Assembly: GCA_964536485.1 (NCBI GenBank)
Contig: CAZHXX010000005.1
Coordinates: 42 to 64,041 of the forward strand
From: an uncultured Candidatus Saccharibacteria bacterium
GTDB lineage: Bacteria; Patescibacteriota; Saccharimonadia; Saccharimonadales; SZUA-47
Length of the DNA stretch: 64,000 bases
Reading direction: 5' to 3'
The translations under genes and the position numbers were made by a program. The notes under the pieces were generated by a model, which did not search any database, was not told the origin of the DNA, and was given only the letters and a program-made list of their open reading frames with translations. Each line of letters starts with the position of its first letter. Positions within the stretch are counted from its first letter, which is position 1. Below are positions 1-8,068 of the stretch, one piece after another.

Positions 1-17
1 TGAACCATTACGGAACA

Positions 18-47
18 TTGACAAAATATAATAAATAGTTGTATAAT
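18..47 (+). promoter_or_regulatory. sigma70-type promoter of the 58..642 orphan
   Basis: TTGACA (18-23), 18-nt spacer, TATAAT (42-47); ATG 10 nt downstream, no Shine-Dalgarno. Confidence 0.7.
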
Positions 48-57
48 ATTTACTATT

Positions 58-642
58 ATGTTTGGTCGACGCAAACCTACCCTAGCGATGCCTATCCCGC
101 TTTTGGAGTCACCTCTTCCCGAGGTGAAAGAACGTACTAAGCTTATATCAAGAGGACAAATATTTGAGGCGAACGATCCAGGTAATAAACTTGGCCGAAG
201 ACAGACGATTATTATTGATGCTTCACGCGTTGTTACACAAACCGGTGTTGTGCTTGAAGGAGCAAGAGTCTCCAAACTGCTTGGTCCTGTAGGGACAGAA
301 TATGAGCAGGACAACGACCCTTTTATGCGGGATGGTGCGTTGTTTGTGAACAGAAGCGGTTTTCCCTTAACTGGTCTCGGGCTCGCGTTTAAGCAGTCGC
401 CAGATTTAGTCGGGAGCTATCACCTACCCTTACCTCTACATAGTGTTATTGAACAAAGAAAATACGGAAGTACCTACGTAGAACCAGATCTCACCGAGGC
501 AGCAAAAGCTTCACTGATATTTGATGAAATCTATTTCTCTCACATATCACCCGACGAAAGAGTAGCAGGATTGAGCCCTAGCGATACAGTTCTCGTTCGA
601 AGTGCTGTTAGTGAGATGTTTGTGCAAGTCCCTGGTTTGTAG
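58..642 (+). CDS. hypothetical protein (orphan)
   Basis: 194-aa ORF directly behind a consensus promoter; no recognisable motif. Confidence 0.7.
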   Translation: MFGRRKPTLAMPIPLLESPLPEVKERTKLISRGQIFEANDPGNKLGRRQTIIIDASRVVTQTGVVLEGARVSKLLGPVGTEYEQDNDPFMRDGALFVNRSGFPLTGLGLAFKQSPDLVGSYHLPLPLHSVIEQRKYGSTYVEPDLTEAAKASLIFDEIYFSHISPDERVAGLSPSDTVLVRSAVSEMFVQVPGL

Positions 643-812
643 GCTTATCACAAGGTAAAATTAAATTTTGATTTTATTTTTTGGCAATAATTTGACACCT
701 TTTTGTTACTTAGCATTAGTTTTATTGTGCTCTGTGGTATAACGAAATTTTGATAAACGTTGCACTTTGCTTGATTTGTCATACTGTGTTTTAATTATGT
801 TAAAGTGGGAGT

Positions 813-940
813 CAAATACCACCATGCGCTGCTCATTCGGCGAACAACATGGCAAAACTCAACCGCTAGGATTGAATGAGTAGGTTTGCATCTTTTACGA
901 AAGTCGTCGAATTCGGAAGGGTAGCAAGCGCTCATCAACT
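813..940 (+). promoter_or_regulatory. candidate structured 5' leader RNA
   Basis: Several alternative pairings (ccatg/catgg, ctcattc/gaatgag, attcggcga/tcgtcgaat, cttt-TACG-aaag) between an extended -10 (TGtTAAAGT, 798-806) and a small gene; family not recognised. Confidence 0.35.
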
Positions 941-955
941 AACAAAAGGACTACT

Positions 956-1144
956 ATGCAACATCAAGGCAAAAGTCTACAAGATATCCAGAAAGAAACC
1001 GGCTGGAGCTACGAGGACCATTTGAAACATTGGCGCTCGTGGGGTTCATGGTTTAGCTGGGGAAGCCCAGTGGGTCTTGGTCTGTTCTTTATCTCAGTGG
1101 CGTTTACGCTCTGGATATTGAGCCAGGCCTTTGGCTGGAAGTAA
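956..1144 (+). CDS. small Trp-rich membrane protein
   Basis: 62 aa; SD aaagga upstream; one C-terminal hydrophobic helix; followed by a terminator. Confidence 0.7.
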   Translation: MQHQGKSLQDIQKETGWSYEDHLKHWRSWGSWFSWGSPVGLGLFFISVAFTLWILSQAFGWK

Positions 1145-1162
1145 TAAAACTTCTCGTTGAGG

Positions 1163-1196
1163 AAAATAGCACCGTAGAAATGCGGTGCTATTTTTT
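1163..1196. terminator. bidirectional intrinsic terminator
   Basis: aaaatagcaccgta-gaaa-tgcggtgctatttttt between convergent genes. Confidence 0.85.
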
Positions 1197-2100
1197 ATAT
1201 AACTTCTCTATCGAGAAGTTTGATGCCTAATGCTGCTTGAACGTCACCCAAGTTCGTCCCGGCGTTAAATGACATCGAAGCTGAATGCACTCCATTCGCC
1301 AAAGCCATGTGCGTCAGTTCGGCCTCGAGCTCCTCTTCAGTGCAGTTTGGTCGTTTGTCGGTCATGACGTTAACTTTTGGAAAACGGTCTACTGCTTTCA
1401 TTAACATTCTTATTCTTGATTGTGTCAATGAAGCCGGATCTGCTCCCATTTTTGTACGATTGTTTGGCTCTTCACCAACAGCAATCCAGTCAAATTGTTC
1501 GCCATCTATTTCTATAGGGTGTGCAAACGGAATGCTAGGTCCTGGGTCTGATGGGGTAAACTCTGCAGCAAAATGCAACATAGCTCTTGCCTGGCGCATT
1601 GAAGTTGGGTATGCCACCACTCTGTCCATATGACTTCTTCGATGTGGAGAATCGCTCATTCCTTCAAATCTAAATTTTGCTTCGGCTAACTCCCCTAGTT
1701 TTTCTTGAGACACTTTATGCAACCCCATGAAAAGAGGAATGGTATCTGCAATGCCCGGGTTGAAGTACAGTCTTAAGCGAGCTTCAGATGAGTTTTCTGC
1801 AACAGGAAATGTTCCTTTAATCGAAACAAAACTTCCGTTGTAAACGGAACTACTTGTATCAAACGGGGTGCGTTCGGGGTCTGAAATGAGGTGAGCGAAT
1901 TCAATGTCGGAGGTAGGCGCGATCTCGTTTGTCTCAGAAAAATACAGTCCTCTTAAATCTCCTACGTGTCTTGTGCGAACGGTGTCAGGATAAGGTATGT
2001 TAGGCTCTGTATTGAACAAGGCTTGCAAATGAGGCTCTTTCCAGACAATAAGAGGATCTTTAAAAACTGGCTGAACCATCTCTGGTGTAATAATAGACAT
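1195..2100 (-). CDS. HopA1-family (phospho-Ser/Thr lyase-like) domain protein
   Basis: Motif series RLYFN ... K ... DRVVAY ... PFAHP ... GEEP ... SLTQSR resembles the HopA1 family pattern. Confidence 0.6.
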   Translation of the reverse strand: MSIITPEMVQPVFKDPLIVWKEPHLQALFNTEPNIPYPDTVRTRHVGDLRGLYFSETNEIAPTSDIEFAHLISDPERTPFDTSSSVYNGSFVSIKGTFPVAENSSEARLRLYFNPGIADTIPLFMGLHKVSQEKLGELAEAKFRFEGMSDSPHRRSHMDRVVAYPTSMRQARAMLHFAAEFTPSDPGPSIPFAHPIEIDGEQFDWIAVGEEPNNRTKMGADPASLTQSRIRMLMKAVDRFPKVNVMTDKRPNCTEEELEAELTHMALANGVHSASMSFNAGTNLGDVQAALGIKLLDREVI

Positions 2101-2108
2101 ATCTTTAT

Positions 2109-2138
2109 ATTATAACATAAAAATTATAATTATGTCAA
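2109..2138 (-). promoter_or_regulatory. sigma70 promoter of the HopA1-like gene
   Basis: Minus strand: TTGACA, 18-nt spacer ending TGt, TATAAT; ATG 8 nt later. Confidence 0.7.
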
Positions 2139-2191
2139 AATATTTTACACAGTATAGTTTTTAAACTTAGCATGATTGTTATACTGAGCAT

Positions 2192-2749
2192 ATGAATATA
2201 GTATTGCTTGACCGCGACGGGACTATTATCCAAGACCCTCTTGATGAGCGCGTTGATAGTATTGATAAGATTGAACTGTTCGATGACAGTATTGAGGCGC
2301 TCACCTATTTAGCCCAGCATGATTTTGCTGTAGTCGTAGTTACTAATCAGGCAAGCATTGCGGAAGGCAGAATAACCGAAGAAGAATTTTGGACTATTCA
2401 TAATGAAGTGCTTGCTCTTCTGGCGCCAAGTGGCGTAGAAATTATAAAAACCTACATGAACCCAGAGGCAAGTGGTTCAAACGCTAGTGAATGGCACAAG
2501 CCTGGTCCTAAGATGCTTCTCCAGGCGGCAAAAGAACTAAACTTTGATATTGGCTCGGTGTATATGGTGGGCGATAATCAATCAGATGTTGAGGCTGGCA
2601 TAAGTGCAGGCTGTAAAGGAAGCATTTTGGTAAAGACCGCACGCAATAAAGTAGTGGTTTCTCCGCAGGCAGAGTACTCTGCACCAACACTACTGGACGC
2701 GGTGCGCTATGTAGTTGAGCACAGTTCCGAAGCACTTTATAAGGGATGA
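2192..2749 (+). CDS. HAD-IIIA phosphatase (GmhB/histidinol-phosphatase-like)
   Basis: DRDGT motif I, VTNQ motif II, KP, and MVGDxxSD motif IV. Confidence 0.85.
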   Translation: MNIVLLDRDGTIIQDPLDERVDSIDKIELFDDSIEALTYLAQHDFAVVVVTNQASIAEGRITEEEFWTIHNEVLALLAPSGVEIIKTYMNPEASGSNASEWHKPGPKMLLQAAKELNFDIGSVYMVGDNQSDVEAGISAGCKGSILVKTARNKVVVSPQAEYSAPTLLDAVRYVVEHSSEALYKG

Positions 2750-2768
2750 GGTCTGCTATCATAAGTGG

Positions 2769-3194
2769 ATGAGTAGTTATCCAAAAAGCAGTGTGCCGTC
2801 AACTTATTGGCGAGTGTCTGCGAAAGTACTGATTTTTGACGAACAAAATCGCTTGCTAGTCTTTAAAGCAAGCGACGGGGAATGGGAAATGCCTGGCGGA
2901 GGATGGGAGCATGACGAAACCTATGAGCAATGTGTCCGGCGTGAACTTGCAGAAGAAATAGGGGTTGGAGTGCAAACAATCGGCCCTGTGCTATTTGTCT
3001 ATCCTGGCAAAACTGATAGTGGTAATCCAAAAATAAATATTGTATGTAAGGTAGAAATTGATAGCTCGGAGATACTGCCAACAGGTGACGAGTTGGTTGA
3101 GGCGAAATATGTCAGCAAGGAAGAATTTTTGAGGCTGCCGTTCTCTGAGGGTGAGAGCCCGGTTACAGCGCACACAGATAAAATTTGGCTATAG
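2769..3194 (+). CDS. NUDIX hydrolase
   Basis: Nudix box PGGGWEHDETYEQCVRRELAEEIG; start moved to ATG 2769, 6 nt after TGcTATCAT. Confidence 0.85.
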   Translation: MSSYPKSSVPSTYWRVSAKVLIFDEQNRLLVFKASDGEWEMPGGGWEHDETYEQCVRRELAEEIGVGVQTIGPVLFVYPGKTDSGNPKINIVCKVEIDSSEILPTGDELVEAKYVSKEEFLRLPFSEGESPVTAHTDKIWL

Positions 3195-3212
3195 TATTTA
3201 TAAGGAGAAGAA

Positions 3213-3557
3213 ATGAACGACGAGGTAACGAAGTATATCCTAAACACAAAGCCATGGCAGGCGGATATCTGCACAAAGTTGCGTGAAATGATACACGGAG
3301 CAGTGCCCGAAATAGAAGAAAGACTACAGTATGGCAAGCCGCATTATCTCAAGAATGGGAGTTATGCAGCTGTACTCTATGCAAGTAAAGACAAGGTGTC
3401 GTTTATGCTCTTTAACGCGCAGGATATTGCGGAAGTACCTGGTCTTAGTCGCACGCTTGGAAATGGTGACCGTAAAGTGTTTGAATTTTTGGAGGGGCAC
3501 ATTGTTGACTATGCTCTGCTTACTGAACTTACTAAAAAGACGACCGCGGAACTCTAG
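3213..3557 (+). CDS. DUF1801 (YdhG-like) protein
   Basis: LREMIHGAVPEIEERLQYGKPHY pattern; SD aaggag. Confidence 0.8.
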   Translation: MNDEVTKYILNTKPWQADICTKLREMIHGAVPEIEERLQYGKPHYLKNGSYAAVLYASKDKVSFMLFNAQDIAEVPGLSRTLGNGDRKVFEFLEGHIVDYALLTELTKKTTAEL

Positions 3558-3560
3558 GAC

Positions 3561-4136
3561 ATGGCAATACTAGCGCCAGAATTTTATGCAAAAAATAGGG
3601 CTGAGTGGCGCAAATGGCTTGCAAAGAATCATTCGGCGGAGAAGTCTGTGTGGCTTGTCTATGACAAAGGCAAAGAGCGCCAGCTAAGCTATGATGATAT
3701 TGTTGAAGAAGCGCTGTGTTTTGGTTGGGTAGATAGCGTGCCCGGAAAAGTAAGTGAGACTCGGTCTAAGCTTTATATTAGTAAGCGTAAAGCTAAGAGC
3801 GCGTGGTCGAAGACAAATAAAGAGCGTGTTGAGAAGCTTATGCAGTCTGGGGCAATGATGAAAGCAGGCCTAGAAGCAATTACTTTAGCAAAAGAAAATG
3901 GTGCCTGGGACTTGCTTAATAAGTCAGACAACCTTGAGCGACCTCCAGAACTTGACGACTTGCTCAATAAAAACATACCAGCAAAAGAATTTTATTTCTC
4001 TATGTCGGCTTCTTCACAAAAATTAATTCTTGAGTGGATATATCAGGCAAAAACGGAACAAACGAAGATGAAGCGTATAAATGAAACAGTTGAGCTTGCA
4101 AAGCAAGGTATAAAAGCGCACCACTATCGACAGTAG
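3561..4136 (+). CDS. YdeI/OmpD-associated family protein
   Basis: WRKWLAKNH, EEALCFGWVDS, SAWSKTNK, AKTEQT..KR. Confidence 0.85.
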   Translation: MAILAPEFYAKNRAEWRKWLAKNHSAEKSVWLVYDKGKERQLSYDDIVEEALCFGWVDSVPGKVSETRSKLYISKRKAKSAWSKTNKERVEKLMQSGAMMKAGLEAITLAKENGAWDLLNKSDNLERPPELDDLLNKNIPAKEFYFSMSASSQKLILEWIYQAKTEQTKMKRINETVELAKQGIKAHHYRQ

Positions 4137-4157
4137 CTATTTTGTTACAATAGAGTT

Positions 4158-4568
4158 ATGGCAACAAATAAAACTGTAGAAACAACTGCCTCGGTCTTAA
4201 GTTTTATTGACAGCTTAAGTGATGAAAAGCGAAGAGAAGAAAGCAAGAAATTGCTGCAACTTATGCATGAGGCAACCGGAACTGCTCCAGCACTATGGGG
4301 GCCAAGTATTATTGGGTTCGGCTCCTATCATTATGTCTATGAATCGGGGAGAGAAGGCGACACGCCGGTAGTAAGTTTCTCGCCCAGAAAAAATGCGCTT
4401 GTTCTCTATGGTGTTCTGCGCCAAGACCAAAATCTTGATGATACGGCACGTTTAGGTAAGGTAAAGCTTGGTAAGGGATGCCTTTATATAAAGTCTCTTA
4501 AAGAGATTGATAGTGTGCTACTGAAGGAAATGGTTAAAGAAGCTTTCGAGAATCGCCAGAACGCCTAG
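4158..4568 (+). CDS. DUF1801 domain protein
   Basis: LWGPSIIGFGSYHYVYESGREGD, FSPRK, GKGCLYIK. Confidence 0.85.
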   Translation: MATNKTVETTASVLSFIDSLSDEKRREESKKLLQLMHEATGTAPALWGPSIIGFGSYHYVYESGREGDTPVVSFSPRKNALVLYGVLRQDQNLDDTARLGKVKLGKGCLYIKSLKEIDSVLLKEMVKEAFENRQNA

Positions 4569-4615
4569 CATGTGCTTGAAATACAGTGCTAGACTGGATG
4601 TAGGAGGCGAAAGCT

Positions 4616-5230
4616 ATGGAAAAAATAGACTTCAAAAAAGAACTCGCTGAGCTATACAGTGGTAAGGTAGGCAAACCGTGCGTGGTGAAGGTGCCAAAAA
4701 TGAACTTTTTGATGATTGATGGCCACGGTGATCCAAATACGTCCCAAGAATATGTTGATGCCATCCAGACACTTTATCCGCTTGCCTTTGCACTGAAATT
4801 TATGTGTAAGAAGGAGCTTGGCAAAGATTTTACCGTACTACCACTCGAGGGGCTATGGTGGGCAGAAGATATGGATACGTTTATAACAGGCAAAAAAGAT
4901 GCTTGGTCTTGGACGATGATGATTATGCAACCAGAATTTATTACAAACGACCTCTACGAGAGAGCGCTTGAAGCGGTAAAGACAAAAAAGAATCCACCGG
5001 CAATTGATAAGGTACGGTTTGATGTATACGACGAGGGGCGGGCAGCGCAAGTAATGTATGTGGGGGCTTATGCAGACGAAGGTCCAACTATTGCAGAGTT
5101 ACATGAGTTTATTGCGAAGCAAGGCGGAAGCTTGCAGGAGACAAACAAGCATCATCACGAGATATATTTAGGCGACCCACGACGTAGCGACCCGGCAAAG
5201 TTAAAAACTATCATAAGACAGCCTTTTTAA
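4616..5230 (+). CDS. GyrI-like small-molecule-binding protein
   Basis: IDGHGDPNT, PLEGLWW, HHEIYLGDPRR, KTIIRQP. Confidence 0.85.
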   Translation: MEKIDFKKELAELYSGKVGKPCVVKVPKMNFLMIDGHGDPNTSQEYVDAIQTLYPLAFALKFMCKKELGKDFTVLPLEGLWWAEDMDTFITGKKDAWSWTMMIMQPEFITNDLYERALEAVKTKKNPPAIDKVRFDVYDEGRAAQVMYVGAYADEGPTIAELHEFIAKQGGSLQETNKHHHEIYLGDPRRSDPAKLKTIIRQPF

Positions 5231-6823
5231 CTAGCGAGCATCGTGAAGGCGAGTGAGGAGGTAGTTTGCTTCTTCATCCGTCATGATGCGTGTCTGCAAA
5301 TCTTTGTCGTAGACGGTAGGGGTAAGTTTTGTTTGGATGAGTTTGCCGCCAACAAAGTAATGTGTGAGGATGATGCCTCGTTCCGTACCAGGCCAGCTTG
5401 TTTGTTCAAAATAAAGATTGCCAATGCCGTAGTAGATTGGTTTGCCATTATAGAGCGTGTAGGTTTGTGGCTGGTGAGCTGAACTTCCCACGACAATATC
5501 TGCACCAAGGTCGATAAGTTTTTTGAATGTTGCTTCTTGTTCGCCAATTGGGACGTCGCATTCAGGGAACTCTTCAAATCCGTCTGGGTAGGCGTAACAC
5601 TCCCAATACTGGACATTGACCATAACAACATCTGACTTTTGCTTGGCTGTGGTAATTTCGCTCGCAATGCGGTCAAAGTCAAAGCTGTTCGCGCCGGCTT
5701 TGTTGGCACCTGCAATGGCACCACCATTTGGCGAGTCGGCATAGTTATAAGCGAGTAAGGTGAGCTTCGTGCCCTTCATATCTGTTTCATACGGTTTTGC
5801 GGCTTCTTCAGTGTTGAGACCACCACCAACCGTAGCCCATCCTAGTGATTTGTAGAGATTGATAGTCTGTGTGTTGTACTCACTTCCCACATCATTGTTG
5901 TGATTGCCAGTGAGCTCTACGATATCTACGCCACTATCTTTAAGAGTTTCTATGAAAGAAGGTGGGGAACAAAAGGCGGAATTGTTGTAGGCGCACCCTT
6001 CTTTAAATGAAACTTCGTTTGACACATGGGTAAGGTCTGCATCTGCGACAAAGTCACCAATTTTTTCGCTGAAGTATTTTGGGTCACCGACACTTTCAAG
6101 TTTTCTTTGCATCACACGCGTTAGGGCAGTTACCCCTGTCATATTGAACTTAAGTGTCGTATCTTTGGAAAATCCTTGTTTGAAATTTATGCCAGAAAAA
6201 TTAGTACTAGAGTTTCCGACAATCTCCATGGTCCTGAAGACCGCGCCGGTGGTGAAATCGTCGAGATAATAGTGGCCGTTGAAGGTAAGTACTTTACTAT
6301 TGGTAGAAATAGCTTTTGCAGATATGAAGGCAATGTCGTCGTCGCCAATGTCACTTATGTCATTAAACGATTTTATCGAATCTGCTGGCAAACCAAGATA
6401 CGTAGCTATACTTGATCGTAGTGAACTAGTAAGATCGGCAGAGACATAGACGGCTAGGCTTGAGAGGTCTGATGTCTGGACTTTTTGTCGAACAGACGTA
6501 AAGCTGGTGACAGGAACATAGGCATCTAAAATTCGCCCCACGTCAGTTGCTTGCTCACTCGTAGTGACTTTGATGGTTGTCGTGGCTCGGCTATCCAGGG
6601 GGACATTTTTTAGAGTATCGTTTATGAGTGTTTGTTCGCTAGGTGAGACCGAAGAGTCAAACAAGAGCAAGTGGTTGGGAATCGATGAAGTACTATCTCG
6701 AATTGTTTGGGTATAAATAAGATAGCCGCACCCTGTGAGTATCGCAAAAACTACGAGCCACGAAAGAACTCCTGTCCATCTCTTTGGAGGATGATTGTTG
6801 TCCACACTTGCAGGTTTTGTCAT
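5231..6823 (-). CDS. CapA-family metallophosphoesterase-like membrane protein
   Basis: N-terminal TM; ELTGNHNND, GADIVVGSSAHQPQ, YYGIGNLYF. Confidence 0.8.
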   Translation of the reverse strand: MTKPASVDNNHPPKRWTGVLSWLVVFAILTGCGYLIYTQTIRDSTSSIPNHLLLFDSSVSPSEQTLINDTLKNVPLDSRATTTIKVTTSEQATDVGRILDAYVPVTSFTSVRQKVQTSDLSSLAVYVSADLTSSLRSSIATYLGLPADSIKSFNDISDIGDDDIAFISAKAISTNSKVLTFNGHYYLDDFTTGAVFRTMEIVGNSSTNFSGINFKQGFSKDTTLKFNMTGVTALTRVMQRKLESVGDPKYFSEKIGDFVADADLTHVSNEVSFKEGCAYNNSAFCSPPSFIETLKDSGVDIVELTGNHNNDVGSEYNTQTINLYKSLGWATVGGGLNTEEAAKPYETDMKGTKLTLLAYNYADSPNGGAIAGANKAGANSFDFDRIASEITTAKQKSDVVMVNVQYWECYAYPDGFEEFPECDVPIGEQEATFKKLIDLGADIVVGSSAHQPQTYTLYNGKPIYYGIGNLYFEQTSWPGTERGIILTHYFVGGKLIQTKLTPTVYDKDLQTRIMTDEEANYLLTRLHDAR

Positions 6824-6919
6824 CTTTTATAAATTGTATCATTAAGCGAGAGCGTTATTGCTATACTTTTAAGTACTATAGAAACGAATAACGTAAGAAA
6901 AAAGAAGGCGTTTCGCACC

Positions 6920-7582
6920 ATGCTCCTAGCTGTTGCTTTTGTTGTTACTTTTGAACTTTTAGCACTCGTGTGGTTGTGGCGGTCGGTAGGAGTGTATAAG
7001 AACTTCTGGGCTCAAAAAGCCCAAGAGAGCGGTGAGTTTACCTATCTTGCCCTTGGTGATTCGACGGCACAAGGCATTGGGGCGAGTAGCCCTATGCGTG
7101 GCTATGTGGGAGAGGTTGAAAAAAGACTGGAACAAAAAACAGGCAAGCGTGTCCGCGTGGTAAACCTCAGTGTTACGGGAGCGACGATGAGCGATTATTT
7201 GAGAGAGCAGGCACCAAAGATTGCCGATATAAAAGCCGATATTGTCACCATAGAGATCGGCGCAAATGATATAAGAACATTTCAGGAAGAGAAATTTCGG
7301 CGTGAATTTGAGCAGGTGCTAAAAACGCTGCCGGATGGTACATATGTCTCTAACATGCCATTATTTAACAGCCGACGCTCAAGTACGGCACCAGCAAAAC
7401 AGGCAAGCAAAATTATAGAAATATTGCTGGGCAACTATCCGCATCTTCATTTTGTCAATCTTGAAAAGCAGACGAGCGAGCACCAAAGTATTTTTGGCTT
7501 TGCCCCGGATTTGTTTCACCCAAACAATCTAAGCTACAAGAATTGGGCAGATGCGTTTTGGAACGAAATAGAAAAGAACTAG
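6920..7582 (+). CDS. SGNH/GDSL hydrolase
   Basis: ALGDSTAQGIG, IGAND and DLFHP blocks; N-terminal TM. Confidence 0.9.
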   Translation: MLLAVAFVVTFELLALVWLWRSVGVYKNFWAQKAQESGEFTYLALGDSTAQGIGASSPMRGYVGEVEKRLEQKTGKRVRVVNLSVTGATMSDYLREQAPKIADIKADIVTIEIGANDIRTFQEEKFRREFEQVLKTLPDGTYVSNMPLFNSRRSSTAPAKQASKIIEILLGNYPHLHFVNLEKQTSEHQSIFGFAPDLFHPNNLSYKNWADAFWNEIEKN

Positions 7583-7604
7583 AGCAAGGCGTACAATACT
7601 ACTT

Positions 7605-7766
7605 ATGAATAAGACATTATTGTATATTTGTATTACTATCTTTGGTGCTATTGGGGGGTATATCCCAGTGGTTTTCGGTGCGGACGGTTTTTCCGCTTGG
7701 GCAATTATAACGTCTACAATTGGAAGTATTGTTGGAGTGTTTGTTGCGAAACGTCTGTCGGACTAA
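7605..7766 (+). CDS. small two-helix membrane protein (53 aa, not in the ORF track)
   Basis: MNKTLLYICITIFGAIGGYIPVVFGADGFSAWAIITSTIGSIVGVFVAKRLSD; TACAAT 7 nt upstream. Confidence 0.7.
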   Translation: MNKTLLYICITIFGAIGGYIPVVFGADGFSAWAIITSTIGSIVGVFVAKRLSD

Positions 7767-7814
7767 TAAAATTACATGGTTATTCTAGTTCTCTGTTAAA
7801 ATAGTCCAGATGAT

Positions 7815-7888
7815 GGCGCCTTGGCCGAGAAGTTAGGCAGCGGTCTGCAAAACCGCGTAGACGGGAGCGTTACCCGTAGGTGCCTCCA
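7815..7888 (+). tRNA. tRNA-Cys (GCA)
   Basis: Cloverleaf with anticodon arm gcggt-ctGCAaa-accgc, discriminator U and encoded CCA; atypical T-loop AGCGTTA. Confidence 0.9.
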
Positions 7889-7922
7889 TAAACATCATAC
7901 ATAACAAATTTGACAAAAACGC

Positions 7923-8010
7923 GGGCGAATGGCGGAATTGGTATACGCGACAGACTTAAAATCTGTTGACTGAATAAGTCTTGTGGGTTCAAGTCCCACT
8001 TCGCCCACCA
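7923..8010 (+). tRNA. tRNA-Leu (TAA)
   Basis: acaga-ctTAAaa-tctgt, long variable arm, GGTTCAAGTCC, encoded CCA. Confidence 0.95.
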
Positions 8011-8014
8011 CAAC

Positions 8015-8042
8015 AAAAACACCTTGCAAATAGGTGTTTTTT
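8015..8042 (+). terminator. intrinsic terminator after the tRNA pair
   Basis: aaaaacacct-tgcaaat-aggtgtttttt. Confidence 0.75.
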
Positions 8043-8068
8043 CATTGTAACGAGGTATAATGAAACCT

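Noticed and set aside
901-931. SRP RNA helix-8-like motif (ttc-GGAA-ggg-tagca)
   Set aside because: The conserved CAGG side of the symmetric loop is missing (CGAA here) and the flanking helix does not extend as in 4.5S RNA.
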